NCBI GenBank assembly: GCA_964016885.1
Contig: OZ024740.1
Coordinates: forward strand, 340,752,001-340,816,000
Direction: 5' to 3'
DNA: 64,000 nt
Source: Eledone cirrhosa
Lineage: Eukaryota
Shown: in pieces, positions 26,490 to 39,352 of the stretch
How positions within the stretch are numbered: the stretch's first letter is position 1
How the letters are laid out: every line of letters starts with the position of its first letter
Program-made: the position numbers and the translations under genes
Notes under the pieces: model-generated
Told to the model about the DNA's origin: nothing
Databases searched by the model: none
Seen by the model: only the letters and a program-made list of their open reading frames with translations

Positions 26490-27300
26490 ATCTTAGTTGA
26501 AGACTTTAAACATCACCAAAATAGATTTCATGGTGGACAACTTTGGTGTGAGAAATAAGGAAGGATCAAAATTCATAGAACTCTGAGTTGTAAATGACTT
26601 GACAATTTGCAATACTAACATTAGGAACCTGAGATCATTTACCAATATGGTGAGAACACAAGATTGTGTTTGGTGGTGCATTCTTCACTGGGAAAGATTT
26701 AGCATTAACAACTGCCTGATTGTTCTTTTTTTCTGATGAAAATGAAGTCTATTTAGCTTGAGTGTTCACCATTATACCATTTTTCATGTGGATGGAAATT
26801 TGCCCCAGCCAGAAATCTCATCTGTAGCCCTCAGTAGGTTGTCACATAGGAGCTTCCAGTCTTCTGTTATAGGACTCCAATTCTTTCTTCTTACAGATGA
26901 CTGTTCAACAACTCTTTAAACTTCAATATCCTCCTTTTTTCAAACTGTCTTGGGTTTCTTACCAAAAGTGTTGTATCCAGAGTGAGAACAAGGTGGAAGA
27001 AGTTCATGGAATTATTAAGCTTGTTGGCAACAAATGGCTTTTTTCTCAGAGTGAAGAGCTGATTGTGTGGTACTAGTGTACAAAATGTGATACTGCATCA
27101 TAGTGAGATATGGGTGCTGAATGTGTAATGTTAGTGTGCATGAGCAACAGTGAAATAAGGGAAAAGTTGGATATAACAGGTATCAGATGTAGCAGGCATG
27201 AGAGGAAACTACACTTATGGACATGTGATGGGTATGGAAGATGACAGTTGTATAAAGAGCTTGAAGTGTTTGGGACAAAGTAGTGAAAATTGACCCTGGG
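26490..27300. mobile_element. Jumbled, decayed RTE LINE fragments in intron 6
   Basis: An endonuclease remnant (ttgacaatttgcaatactaac) lies on the plus strand. An RT remnant lies on the minus strand at about 26800-26950. A C-terminal remnant (cttatggacatgtgatgggtatggaagatgac) lies on the plus strand. Confidence 0.6.
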
Positions 27301-28644
27301 AAACTGAAATCATTGAAGGTGATGACAGAGAACCATTATGACTGGCTACATACCGTACTGGAGAAGACATGTATACTGGTGTAAGCATGGTGAAATGGTC
27401 ATCAAAATAAAGATGGAGATGGAGGCTGTGATATATATCAACACGCCTCTCGTCCACTAGGCCGCTGATAAATTTCCATTAACTGGTCATACTCGCTCCA
27501 CATTTAACTTTTTGTCCATCGCTCCTCAGCCTTAAAAGAATGGAGCCAACATAGGCTAGAGAGGACTATTTAGTGTTGAGGACACGACAACCACTCTAGT
27601 GTTGATACCACGATAAAATGCACACAGTATGTTCCGTTAAGTGGTTGGTGTTAGGAAGGATATCGAGCCATAGAAACCATGCCACAATTGGAACATATGA
27701 ATGAAATGTAGTTCTCTGATTCATTTAGAACTTATTCAGTAACTCTTCATAAGAACTCACTTAGACCATAACAACCCATCCAACTCATACTAGTATAAAA
27801 AGTGAACATAATATGATGATGATGAATAAAGGTCAAATTTAGTAACATTAAAATTCAATGACTAACATTAAGTAAGTATATAAATAGATCTTTCTCTCCA
27901 CACATATATATATATAATTTTCATGCTAGCATGTGTTGGACAGATTGTTATGGTCTAAGTCAGTTCTTATTTGAGTTGCTGCCTTCTTAGGTGAATTGGT
28001 TACTAAATATGGACAGACCTGATGCCATCTGTGCTATATAAATGTTGTGATGGAAATGAAGCAATAGTGGAAGAGTAGTAGAGTGATAAATGGCTATGGT
28101 CGAAGAATTGAATATGGATAGCTCAAATACCATCCTTTGTTTTATGTATATCATCACGTTGCCATCAAAATCATCACATCACCATTAATCCTCATCACAT
28201 CAACATTAATACCACCACCACCACCACCACAATACCTTTATGCTCATTTTCCATGCTGGCATGGGTTTGACAGGTTGTCACAGACTAAGACAAAGTATAA
28301 CAACATATTGCTCACATGTTCCATATTTTGGCATGGTTTCTATGGCTAGATGCCTTTCCTAATGCCAACCCCTTTACAGAGAGTAGTGGGGGCAATTCCT
28401 CAAGGCACTAGCCCTAGAGAGGTTGTCAGGTCCTACACATGAACAAAGGATCCTCGCTACCCTTTGTTAACTAAGTTTGTCCATATATACAAAATTTATT
28501 TTATTTCTTTTTTCTATACAGCTTTGAAATCTTGCTGATTGTGTTGATCATTTAAATTTTTTCAACAAGCTTATCTTAGAAATTAAAACTTGTGATAAGG
28601 ATGAGGAAATAATATAGTTGATTAATGAAAGGCATAACAGTTCA

Positions 28645-28818
<174 letters not shown>

Positions 28819-31389
28819 TTAGATGACAATTCAAATAGTTTAGCTTCATATAGCAGTGCAGTGGGTCAAATCATTTAAATGTTTGGTAAGAGTTAATTAC
28901 TTGATGAATTTATCAAAATCAAGCCTTACACATATCATGGAAACACTTCTAACTCACCACCCCTAATCATGGCCAATATGCAAGTAAAACATTTAAAGAT
29001 ACCATAAATGCCACCCTCACAACTGTTGATCATCTCTTATTGCCATCTCATATTTACAACAAAATTATAAAGATTGATCTTCCTCCTTGGAGCTAGAAAA
29101 TACTTCTGCTCCAAACAGTTGCTAATTCTTATAGGACACAAGTGAGACTCAATGGAATATTGCCACCTCATCTGGGACAGTGTTAGTGTTGCTGTATACA
29201 TGGAGATCTAAGACTGCATCGCCACAAAAACAAAAAGGCCACCTGACCTACTGGCATGAAGTTGATACCCAACACCCTCCAGCATTTCCTTTATTGAACA
29301 CAGCTGAGGGATTTTTAAGTGACATACAGAACAAATCTCTGTATACTGACAACTTCACAGAGCTTAAACAGTGCAGCTCTACATGGACACCTTTAAGCAA
29401 GCACCTTAATGATGTTCATAAGAACACCTCAGAAATCTCAAAACTCACAGCTAGACATTTTAATTTGCTAAGCTATTTCTACAAACATCTCTGTTTGTGG
29501 AATCATCCATCTTACATTATGCCTCTAACTTCATTTGCAAATACAAATAATAAAAACAAAAAAAATCCAATCTTTACTCGTCTCCTCTTCTTCCGCAGTC
29601 CATCTTATCCTTTGTTTCCACCCTTTCCTTCAATTTTGGCCATGTAATAACATGTGTTTGGTGTATGTATATACATGGAGCGTGTGTATTGAATTGTAGT
29701 AGCATTGTAACAATGTAAGCATTGTGTGTGATGTTGAAAGCATGCAGTTAAAGAAGGTTGAATTGGTAGGTATATATATTGTTTGTTTAGATTTGTGAAA
29801 TAAGTGTGCAGGTTTGAGGATATTTGTTGAAGTGTAATGGCATATTGTGGCTGTATGTGTTATGTATGTATTTCTGATATTTGAGAGGTATATTCTTGTG
29901 GATAGAAAGTTCCAAGAACACAGATAAGTTCTTGTTCCCACTGGAAAGTTATTATGTAAAGCAAGAGCCAAAATGGAGTGGGACCGGGTGGTATAGTGTT
30001 GTGAGCAAAAATGAGAGGCAGCAGGTGATCTGTTGTCAAATCAAATATCTTTAAGAAGCTCAGTGCATATGTTAGCTAATTTATTTATCTAAACAATTTG
30101 CAGGAGAGATTTATAAAGGGAACTTTATCTACACTGAAGACAACTTCTCTAGTACATGCTGCAAAGTGGTTGGTGATAAAAGATAATACAGCTGTAAAAA
30201 TGATGCCCATCAGAGATTGGCAATTTTCTTTATTTTTGTGTACCAGATGACACAGGAGGTGAGACCTTTCCAACCCTTGCATGTATAGAAAGAAAATTGG
30301 ATGTAAAATGATAAGTAATTTTTACAAATCTATTTAACCCAAATTTACTGATTTCTTTTGTAAGCCTACCACTTTTAATCGTCACTATTACTAAGTAAGA
30401 AATATAGGCTTGTAAATGAAATAAATAGCATCACACTAAATGTTTCTTATTTTTATTGTTGTTGTAGTAATATTAGTTTTTCAGATATTTCAGTTATATG
30501 TTTGAAAGCCAACAGTAAAAGTAATGAAGGTTTGAAGATAATCTGTGTCTCTTCCTAATATAACTATTTAATTAACCTGTGTTCTAATGATTTCTATTGG
30601 TTCATATCCTGTTTACTTTATACATTTATTTCTTATTCAGTCGATATCTAGTCTCCACTTAAAATTACGACATCATCTGACCACCTTCATATTCCTAATC
30701 TACCATTACTGATGCCATTGTTCAGTTAGTGAGACACTAAATCCTTTCTCAAATCCTAGGAGATTAAGATAATGTAAAACTTCAGCTTGTCTAGACTAGC
30801 TTTTCACTAGAACAGCATCAATATATTTCATATTCTATCTCTATATGCTGACAGCTATATTATCTAATTCAACTAACAACTAATTTCAAACTTCTTTTAT
30901 AGCACATCCACAATACTCTACATTAATTTTGTAACTTCTCATACTCTATTTAAATACATAGTACTCTCAATCTTGTTTCACACAGAGGAAATATTTATTT
31001 TTCAAAGTGTTTGGTAATTAAATTAGAATTAGAAATTTAATAATAACACATAATGTTCTTATTTAACCTCTATTATGATATTTGACTAAATTTACTAAAT
31101 AACCCTTGATTAGAAATATTTAATTATGTCAAATTATTATCATTAAAACAAAGTATTCATTGTTACATATATTTGCTAAAACCCTTTCTTTATATACACA
31201 TAATTAAAAAACAAAACAAAGAATCACTTCCACCATCTTGAAAAAATATGACAAGGCTGTCTCTATGTGAATCTAAGGCACACATGCCCAGGCTGACATG
31301 CAAAAACATTTAAACATTTTATTGGTCTGTTTGAGATATAACTTTTTTTTTTATTAGTGATTATATGTATATATATATATAAATTTTCT

Positions 31390-32070
31390 AGCTGTCATCA
31401 CAGAAGTGGGTGTGTCGATTCAGCAATACACTGCTTTAAAAAACTTCTTCTTTGGCCGAGTTTACACTTGTAAAGATTCAGCATGCTTTCTCCAATTGTC
31501 CCGGTCGAATATGACATTTTTCAGTTCATCGATGTTATCAACCCTCAGTAGGGTATCAATGAATGAGACGGCCTGTCCTCCTCAACTTCTTCGTCCAACT
31601 GTCGGTTTCCAGAGCACAAGTTGTGATGCTATCTCTTCTGGATGATGGATGCAGTGCCCAGCCAGTTTCATTTGTCTGCAGGCAACGTTTTTTGTGACTG
31701 GTGGTAGTGATCTGTATAGTTCCTTATTTGTCAGCTTCTGTTTCCAAGAAATGTTGAGAGCCATTCTCAAGAGTTCATATTTCACTGCCGTAATGCAGGG
31801 CGGACTCAACAGTTGCTAAGAAGAGGCGCTCCTTAATTTTGCGGTTTAGGTTGGACTTCCACACCTTCAGTAGCTTGTGGCATGCTGACCATGCTAATGC
31901 TTTTCTAACTTCAAAGTCCTTGCATGAGCTGTGCATCCATGCACCAAGATACTTAACATTCTCAACTGTTTTGATTGCTATACCGTCCTTAGCAAGAACT
32001 GGAGCTGGATCAACCTGATTGTAATGCATGATTTCGGTCTTCTTTGCATTGCGATGCAGTCCTAATTTTT
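31390..32070 (-). mobile_element. Non-LTR retrotransposon 3' fragment (RTE-like lineage distinct from A-D)
   Basis: ORFs 31775-32194 and 31582-31809 read GLHRNAKKTEIM, VENVKYLGAW, LFLATVESALHYGSE and LLRMALNISW, then RQMKLAGHCIHH. Confidence 0.85.
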
Positions 32071-33272
32071 CAAAAAAGTGCTCTTTAATAACAAGTGACC
32101 ATCTTGTCAAAGCAACAAAATGTGTATTACTTTGATCTCTGATTTTACTAGCATTGTCTGTAATTAATACCATGTTATCAATGACTCTAAACAAACTTTA
32201 AGAATGCTTTCAAGCCTTTTGTTATTTTTGCCATTAAAATTATATATAAAATACAAATTTAATAAAAATGATAATGTAGTGCTCAAAAATCCCCTCGAAC
32301 ATGTGAGGTAAATTTTGTAGAAGATTATTGCCAATGTGAGCACATACCCTTAGAAAGATTTGCTACTCTTGCTTTACAGGACAAGGTAGTCTTTGCTACA
32401 AAATATATCCTTCACACCCCAAAAAAAGGATATGATGGTCAGGCTGAAACACCTTTGATCATAGACCTGCTCATTTACAGCTAAAAAATATGATAATTTA
32501 GTTCAATCTTGTTTAGTTTCCCGACCACTTAGAAATTTCCTTTAACCTAGCTTAATGCTTAACATCCTGTACCTCATGACACCACATTAGTAAGATATTT
32601 TTGAAAAGTACAAAAAAGCACTATGGCTGCATCACATTAAAAATGAAAATCTTTCCTTGCAAGCAGGGAAAAGTGGACATAAAATGATGATGATTTACTC
32701 TAATACTATAAATTTTCACAATGATCTGTTCACTAGTGATGATACTATAAACATTTGAAATAACAAACCACTTTTTAAATATTTTCTGTTAAGTCATTAC
32801 AGGATGTTAAGAGTTAATAGAGTGAGATAAATTCCATCTCAGTTTTCGCCATCATCATTGTTTTTCCATGGATTGTGCTTCTAAGTATGGTCTTCCTGAT
32901 GCAAATCCATACTTTAAATATGATACACACTGTTCATCTTCAATGAAATTCTAAGTTGTAGGACATAAACAAATGTCACCAGTTGCTCTGGATGTTATCA
33001 GTAAACTGACACACACACACATATATACAACAGGCTTCTTTTATAGTTTCTGTCTATCAAATTCACTCACTAGACATTGGTGAGTCTGAAGTTATAGTAG
33101 AAGACACTTGTCTAGAGTGGGATCAACCCTGAAATCATGTGACTATGAAGTAAATGTTTTAACCACACATCCATAGAAATCTAAATTCCAGTTCAATTGG
33201 TATGCTTGTTAGGTATAAGCAACAGAATCATAACTTCAAATGATAGTTCTCTGTTAATTTACAAATGCATAT

Positions 33273-33620
33273 GGAGGCACATGGCTTAGTGGTTAGAGCA
33301 TTGGCCTTGCAATCGAAAGGTTGTGAGTTCAATTCTCAGACTGGGTGATGTGTTGTTTCCTTGAGCAAGGCACTTTATTTCACATTGCTCCAGTTTACTC
33401 AGCTGTAGAAATGAGATGATAGGGACTGGTGTCCCTATCATTCCACTGCAAAGTGGTCGTGGAGGTGCCATGGCAAAAAAGCACCCAGCACTCACTGTAA
33501 ATGAGGTTGGTGTTAGGAAGGGCATCCAGCTGTAGAAATCAAGCCAGAATCAGTTCCCGTCCCACCCTTGCAAGCAGGGAAAAAGCGGACGTAAAATGAA
33601 ATGATGAAATGAAATGATGA
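33273..33620 (+). mobile_element. SINE family 1, full length (tRNA head, core, hairpin, RTE-derived tail)
   Basis: A box tggcttagtgg, B box gagttcaattc, core ccttgagcaaggcactttatttcac, and a LINE-like tail ending (aaatg/atg)n. Near-identical copies lie at 54925 and 61836. Confidence 0.92.
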
Positions 33621-33865
33621 TATGAGTATATATCCTTTAGCTTTTTATTGTATTTTAAAAGTTTAAAAAAAAGAGCAAGTTTTGTCTATACAAAAAGAAT
33701 AAAATAAAACATTCATTGAATTTTCTTGCTGGATAGTAAACATCAATCTTTATGTAATATGTTTCATTGACAAGTGTAATTCATTGGTTCACATATCTCT
33801 CAACAAAGCATTTGAATGTCAGCTTTCATGTAATAATGTAAACAATTTAAACAATACATAATATC

Positions 33866-35257
33866 AGGGCTATGTTCTCAGCCCCCTACTATTTATTATT
33901 GCCCTTCAGGCTATAACAGAGGAGTTCAAGACCGGCTGCCCATGGGAACTCCTATACGCAGACGACCTGACACTCATAGCGGAATCAATGGCCGAGCTAG
34001 AGAAGAAATTCCAAACATGGAAGCACTGCCTAGAGTCAAAAGGACTTAAAATTAACCTGGCTAAGACTAAAGTTCTAGTTTGTAGGAAAGAAAACAAGGC
34101 GGCGGTCCCTTCTGGGAAATGGTCGTGCTCGGTGTGTAGGTAAGGCGTAGGTAGAAACTCCATTTTATGTCCTAAATGCAAAGTATGGGTGCATAAAAGA
34201 TGTAGTGGGATCACAGGTAAGCTAACTAAGAACATAGATTTTACATGTGGCCGGTGTTCTGGTGCAATAAGTAGCAGCAAGTGCCCACAAAATACTAGCT
34301 CTTTCAATTGCGCAGAGGGTTCTATAGAAATAGTGGACACCTTCCGTTACCTGGGCGATAAAATCAGCAGTGGGGGAGGGTGCTCTGAAAGTACAGTAGC
34401 TAGAGTCAGAACTGGTTGGAAAAAGTTCAGAGAGCTTATACCACTATTAGCTGCTAAAGGGGTCTCCCTAAAAATGAAAGGCAGGTTGTACGATGCCTGC
34501 ATACGAACAGCAATGTTGCATGGCAGTGAGACCTGGGCATTGTGTGCAGAGGTTATACGCAGACTAGAGAGGAACGAAGCTTGCATGCTCCGCTGGATGT
34601 GTAACAGTAATATACGTGAACGGCAAAGCATAAACGAACTAAGGAAAAAATTAGAGATAAGAGGGATCAGGTGTTGTTTACTCGAGAGAAGGCTACGTTG
34701 GTATGGACACGTGATGCGCATGAAAGTCGATAGCTGTATAACAAAGTGCAGGGCAATAAAGATAGACGGTAGCCACGGAATAGGCAGACCTAGAAAAACC
34801 TGGGACGAGCTGATAAACTCCGACCTCACACACTTACACCTCTCCAAGACAATGTCACTGGACCGAGACCTTTGGCGGTACTCAGTAACAGAGAAGACCC
34901 GCCTTGCCAGTAGGCATCTCTAACAAAATACACCCCGTCCCGCCACCACCCCCACCCCATCCACACCACCCCGTTCTATGTAAAGTTATGTTGGTGCCGC
35001 GCCATCCAGGCCGAAACAAATGAGATCGTGTAGGTGTCACGACAAAAAAACACACAGTCCACGCTGTAATGTGGCCGTGTAGGCAACACAGTAAAAACCT
35101 CCCAGACCCACACTGTAAATGTGGTTGGTGTTAGGAAGGGCATCCAACTGTAGAAAACCTGCCAGACAGTCCTATGCGAGCAAGACAATCACTCTTGCCT
35201 CAAGTGGGACTACCCCCGTCCAAACCCATGCAAGCGTGGAACACGGACGTTAAACGT

Positions 35258-35291
<34 letters not shown>
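33866..35291 (+). mobile_element. RTE-clade LINE, 5'-truncated and relatively young (lineage D)
   Basis: Reads VLSPLLFII and WELLYADDL and FRYLGD and MLHGSETW and RRLRWYGHVMR in one frame, with a single stop at 34141. A 3' UTR and long (GAT)n tail follow. Confidence 0.95.
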
Positions 35292-35418
35292 ATTTTGAAA
35301 TGTTTTTTTTTACACAATTGAATTACTTCAGAATAAGCTTTAAATTAGTACTAAAATATTCTTTAAAATAAGTTAGTAGTGGTAAAAAACAAAACAAAAC
35401 AACAACAAAAAAACTTAC

Positions 35419-35547
35419 TTGAAATTTAAGTTCTTAAATGCAAAATGTACTTCTACAATACCAGTTGTCTTAACTCTAGTTCGCAGAATATCTTGTTCTG
35501 TGGGCATGTAATCTTTAGCTCCTAAACGGTCAAGGTCATCGAGGAAA
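35419..35547 (-). CDS. GNAO1: G protein alpha-o subunit, internal coding exon (exon 5 equivalent; 129 nt)
   Basis: Translation (Y)[42 protein letters not shown](K) contains switch I RVKTTG. Acceptor tttctag, donor gtaagt. Phase matches both neighbouring exons. Confidence 0.97.
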
Positions 35548-35889
35548 CTAGAAAGAAAAGGTGAGCAGGTTTATGAAATGGTTTTATAAACTGAACATAC
35601 AATATAAATAATAATCATGTCAAAAAATATAATCAGCCAAAGATTGAAGAATATGACTTCTCAAGTGGTTAGTGTAAGTAGTACATAAGCTCTGTTACAC
35701 AACAAGATCTGGAGTTAGCAGACTGACAAAAGCACAAGCAGTTTGGAATGAGTTTAGGAAGATGCTCCTTCTTGTGTGACAAGATATCCCAACTCTATTC
35801 TGTGAAATGAGTTTAAGATGGTACAATACACTACTACAACAGAGAGATAGCTACACCGATTATCTCCAGTGAGCACATCATGTGAATGC

Positions 35890-36760
35890 AAGGCATTTTA
35901 ACATATTTCTTTGTCCCTTGAATTTGTTTGATCATTTTTGTTGATCTTCTAAGTCATCCTGGATCTTTCTATATTTCATTAAGTGATCTGTTGTTTTTAG
36001 ATAGCTACACTGCCAAAAGAGAGATACAACAAAATGAACTAGGGGAAATAACAAAAAAGTTAAAGGGTGGCATACTAAATGCCATATGTAAAAAATTCTT
36101 AATTGAAATTTACTTTGGAGTTGGAGAAAGAAAACAATTGTTAGCAACTCTCAAACAAACTCAGTGTAAGATAATAATTCCAAGTAAGTGTTTTAGAAGT
36201 TAAACCTAAAAGATGAAGACCGAAGGACTCAGGAAAAGCAGTAGATTAAGCATATAATTACATAGAAGATCATTAATAAGAACTAGGAAATAGATCAGAC
36301 CTAGAATAGAACTTTGAGGAACATCAGATGAGATGAAGTATAAATAATGATGGCCATTTAAAACAACTTTAATGCTACATTCATCAGGGAATGATTAAAA
36401 AATTTCAAGGATGCTTTCAGAAATTCCATATGACTTTAATTTGTAGAGGAGACTAGCATGTTAAATATTATCAAATACTTTTGATATATGAAGGGCGATA
36501 ATATTTGTCTCATCAATTATCTAAAGTTTGGTAAAACTGTTCTGTAGTCAGTCAGAAGATCAGTGAAGCAAAAACTATGGAAACCATATTGTTTATCAGA
36601 AAACAGATCAAGTAATTCAAAGTGGAAGACAAGAACTAAATTAATCAAAGAATCAAAGACCTTGCTAACTATAAGAAGGCAGATTGGACGAAAGTTACAA
36701 GGATTGGAATTTTCACCAGAATTTTTGTAAACAGAAATAACCCATGCCGATTTCTAGTTT
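35890..36760 (-). mobile_element. Decayed CR1/L2/Jockey-type LINE RT remnant
   Basis: Minus-strand pieces read AWVISVYKNSGENSNPCNFRPICLL, IALHISKVF and DVPQSSILG. These match the consensus NYRPISLL, LDISKAFD and GVPQGSILGP motifs. Confidence 0.7.
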
Positions 36761-37301
36761 GTAATGTGATAGAGATAGTAATTAAACTGGAATTAATAGT
36801 ATAATATAAACAACTTTTCTATAGTTAGTACTGCGATATAGAAAACAAACAATCTATGTAGTTAGTACTGTAATGTAGATGATATTCAATAAAAAAAATT
36901 AGTATTGTGATATAGAAAGCAATCTTGTAATCCATAATTCCACGTAATTTTATGATAAATGGTAAACTGATCTACTACAGGCTAATATGTTTGTGTATAG
37001 AATTTTCAAGATCTCACATAATTCTACAATAGTGATATAGAACACAGCTTATGTCTAGTTAGTCAGATTTAGGATACCATATTTAATACATAAACTATGG
37101 AAACCTACATATATGGTCTTTGTTAGAAAGCAACCATGGGAAATTTTGAATGTTATTATGTATAACTAATATTGTAACGAATGTATAGTTAGTACTGTGG
37201 TATAGATAGTAACCGATGTAGAGTTAGTACTGTAATATAGACAGTAACCAATATAGAGTTAGTACTATAATATAGACAGTAACCAATGTAGAGTTAATAC
37301 T

Positions 37302-37485
37302 TGTTTCTACTTTAGGCACAAGGCCAGCAATTACCCAGTGCATTACTGGTACTTTATTTTATCGACCTTGTAAGGATGAAAGGCAAAGTCAACCTCGGCA
37401 GGATTTGAACTCAGATCGTAAAGGGACGTAACTATGCTGGAAAGCATGGCGTCCGACCCTCTACCGATACTGCCAATCCACCGCC
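37302..37485 (-). mobile_element. SINE family 2, full length, inserted into the minisatellite
   Basis: Matches 63710-63895 and is flanked by a taatact direct repeat (TSD). Confidence 0.9.
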
Positions 37486-38549
37486 TAATACTGTTATACA
37501 GATAGTAAGCAATGTAGAGTTAGTACTGTGATAACGACAGTAACATATGTACAGTTAGTACTGTAATATAGATAGTAACATAGGTATAGTTAGTTCTGTG
37601 ATATAAACAGTAACCAATGTAGAGTTAGTACTGTGGTATAGATAGTAACCAATGTAGAGTTAGTGCTGTGATATAGATAGTAACCAATGTAGAGTTAGTA
37701 CTGTAACGTTAAAGAATACAAAATCATTAATAGGAAATATAAAACAATTAGTATGAATATTCTCCTCTCTATGAGCTATTCAGCTAGATAGGACTAGAGA
37801 AGACATGGCAGATTACACCTATATATGTAGAAAAGTCCCTTCAGTTACATATTTTATTTTATCTTTTATATCTTTGTGAATTATTTACATTATAATAATA
37901 GCATTAGGATCTGAATCTGTGCTGAGCGTTCCTGACCTTGTGGAAGCTTGTTGTAGCCACCAGAAATTGAAAGGTAGTAAATAAATGTGGTAACTGGATA
38001 ATGGGTTTATTTTTATGAAGGGCCAGAAGTGAGACTACAACACTGAAGGTGTCACTAATGGCTCATCTCCCTTACAGTCTTAGCGATTTGAGGTCAGCTC
38101 TTACAACCCCTGCCCAAGTCTTTCTTTACCCATTGGCCATTGTTCATGTGCTTCACATGTCCATACCAACGCAGTCTTCTCTCCTGCACGCCACCTTGAA
38201 TTCCCCTTAAACTCAGTTTCCCCTTTAAAAAAAAAATGCATAGAATACGAAGAAACTAATGCTTTTACACTGCAATATAAGTAAAGACTCACATAATACC
38301 CCCCACTCCTCCCCCTACACACACACAGAAACAACAACAAACATCCAATGTTAAATTGAATAATGTCAGTTTGGATATTCATGAGTCAACCAAAATTTCC
38401 TAAAAGCTACATGCAACTTTGTCAGTTGGATAGATCAACAATTAAAACCTTGGGGGGATTTCTGAAGATACTTGATATAAAATTATATCAGACTGTGATA
38501 GATGCCATGGTTTTGTTGGAATTGATGTATAAATACCTATAGCACAAGA

Positions 38550-38842
38550 CTGAGATTGAAGATACTGGTATGCTAAAAGATTATAAGGCCAATATTAAAT
38601 TTGAAGAAAATGTACATCTGTCATGTTTTCAATCTTAGGATATTAGATATCTCTTTAATAAAAAAGAATTGGAATCTCTTTTAGGATTGGTATGTTCTCA
38701 TAGTTGGTATTTGCCAAAATATTCTGAAATGGTTGAACACCTTGCAAAATTATGCAAGAAAGACGTCAAATTTGTTTGGACAAAAATGTTCAACAAAAGG
38801 CATTTAATAGTTTAAGATTGCTTTTGCTGAAAATCCAATTGA
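38550..38842 (+). mobile_element. Decayed Gypsy/Ty3 pol remnant (RT-RNase H connection)
   Basis: Reads NKKELESLLGLVCSHSWYLPKYSEMVEHLAKLCKKDVKFVWT, then after a frameshift QQKAFNSL. This resembles the Gypsy KEL.SFLGL..YY..F.P..S....PL..L..K...F.W...QQ.AF..LK motif. Confidence 0.7.
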
Positions 38843-38965
38843 ATCTAATCATTTAAATACAGAGAGGGAAGCTTTAGGATTATGTAAACCACAAACTGTG
38901 CATATCGATTTTACTTTGTAGAAAATTCCTCCTTAGATTTGATTATAGACATTTTAAATTCATCT

Positions 38966-39352
38966 TTAACCCTTTCATTATATTTATAATGAAATACCTT
39001 GCTTTTATATTTCAATTAATTATAATGATAATCAAGAATTTAGAAAGATTTAGTAAAATAATGATATAATTAAGGCGGTGGATTTTCAGGATCATTAGAG
39101 CATCCGACAAAATGCTTTGTAGCATTTAATTATGGCTCTTTATGTTCTGAGTTCAAATTCCACTAAAGTCAACTTTGCCTTTCGTTCTACTTGGATCGAT
39201 AAATTAAAGTACTAGTTAAGTCTAATGGACTTTCTCCTCCATCCATAAAATGCTGGCCTTATGCTTAAATTAGAAATCCGTACTAAGCTGGTGTTTGGAG
39301 CATAACATAACAAAGGTTCTTACATAAAATAAGGATAGGAAGTTTTTAGATA
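38966..39352 (+). mobile_element. piggyBac-type MITE (family 2) with a nested old SINE at about 39073-39280
   Basis: Starts TTAACCCTTTC and is homologous to 42773-42998. It is interrupted by a tRNA-SINE beginning aaggcggtggatt. Confidence 0.6.

Noticed and set aside
28900-29971. ORFs 29180..29647 and 29630..29971, possibly a Penelope-like remnant
   Set aside because: I could not identify any motif with confidence. Probably a very old TE, left unannotated.
33273-33350. tRNA-like sequences at SINE heads (also 54925, 62100-62173 and 63800-63895)
   Set aside because: They have A and B boxes but run directly into SINE bodies and lack a convincing acceptor stem. They are not tRNA genes.
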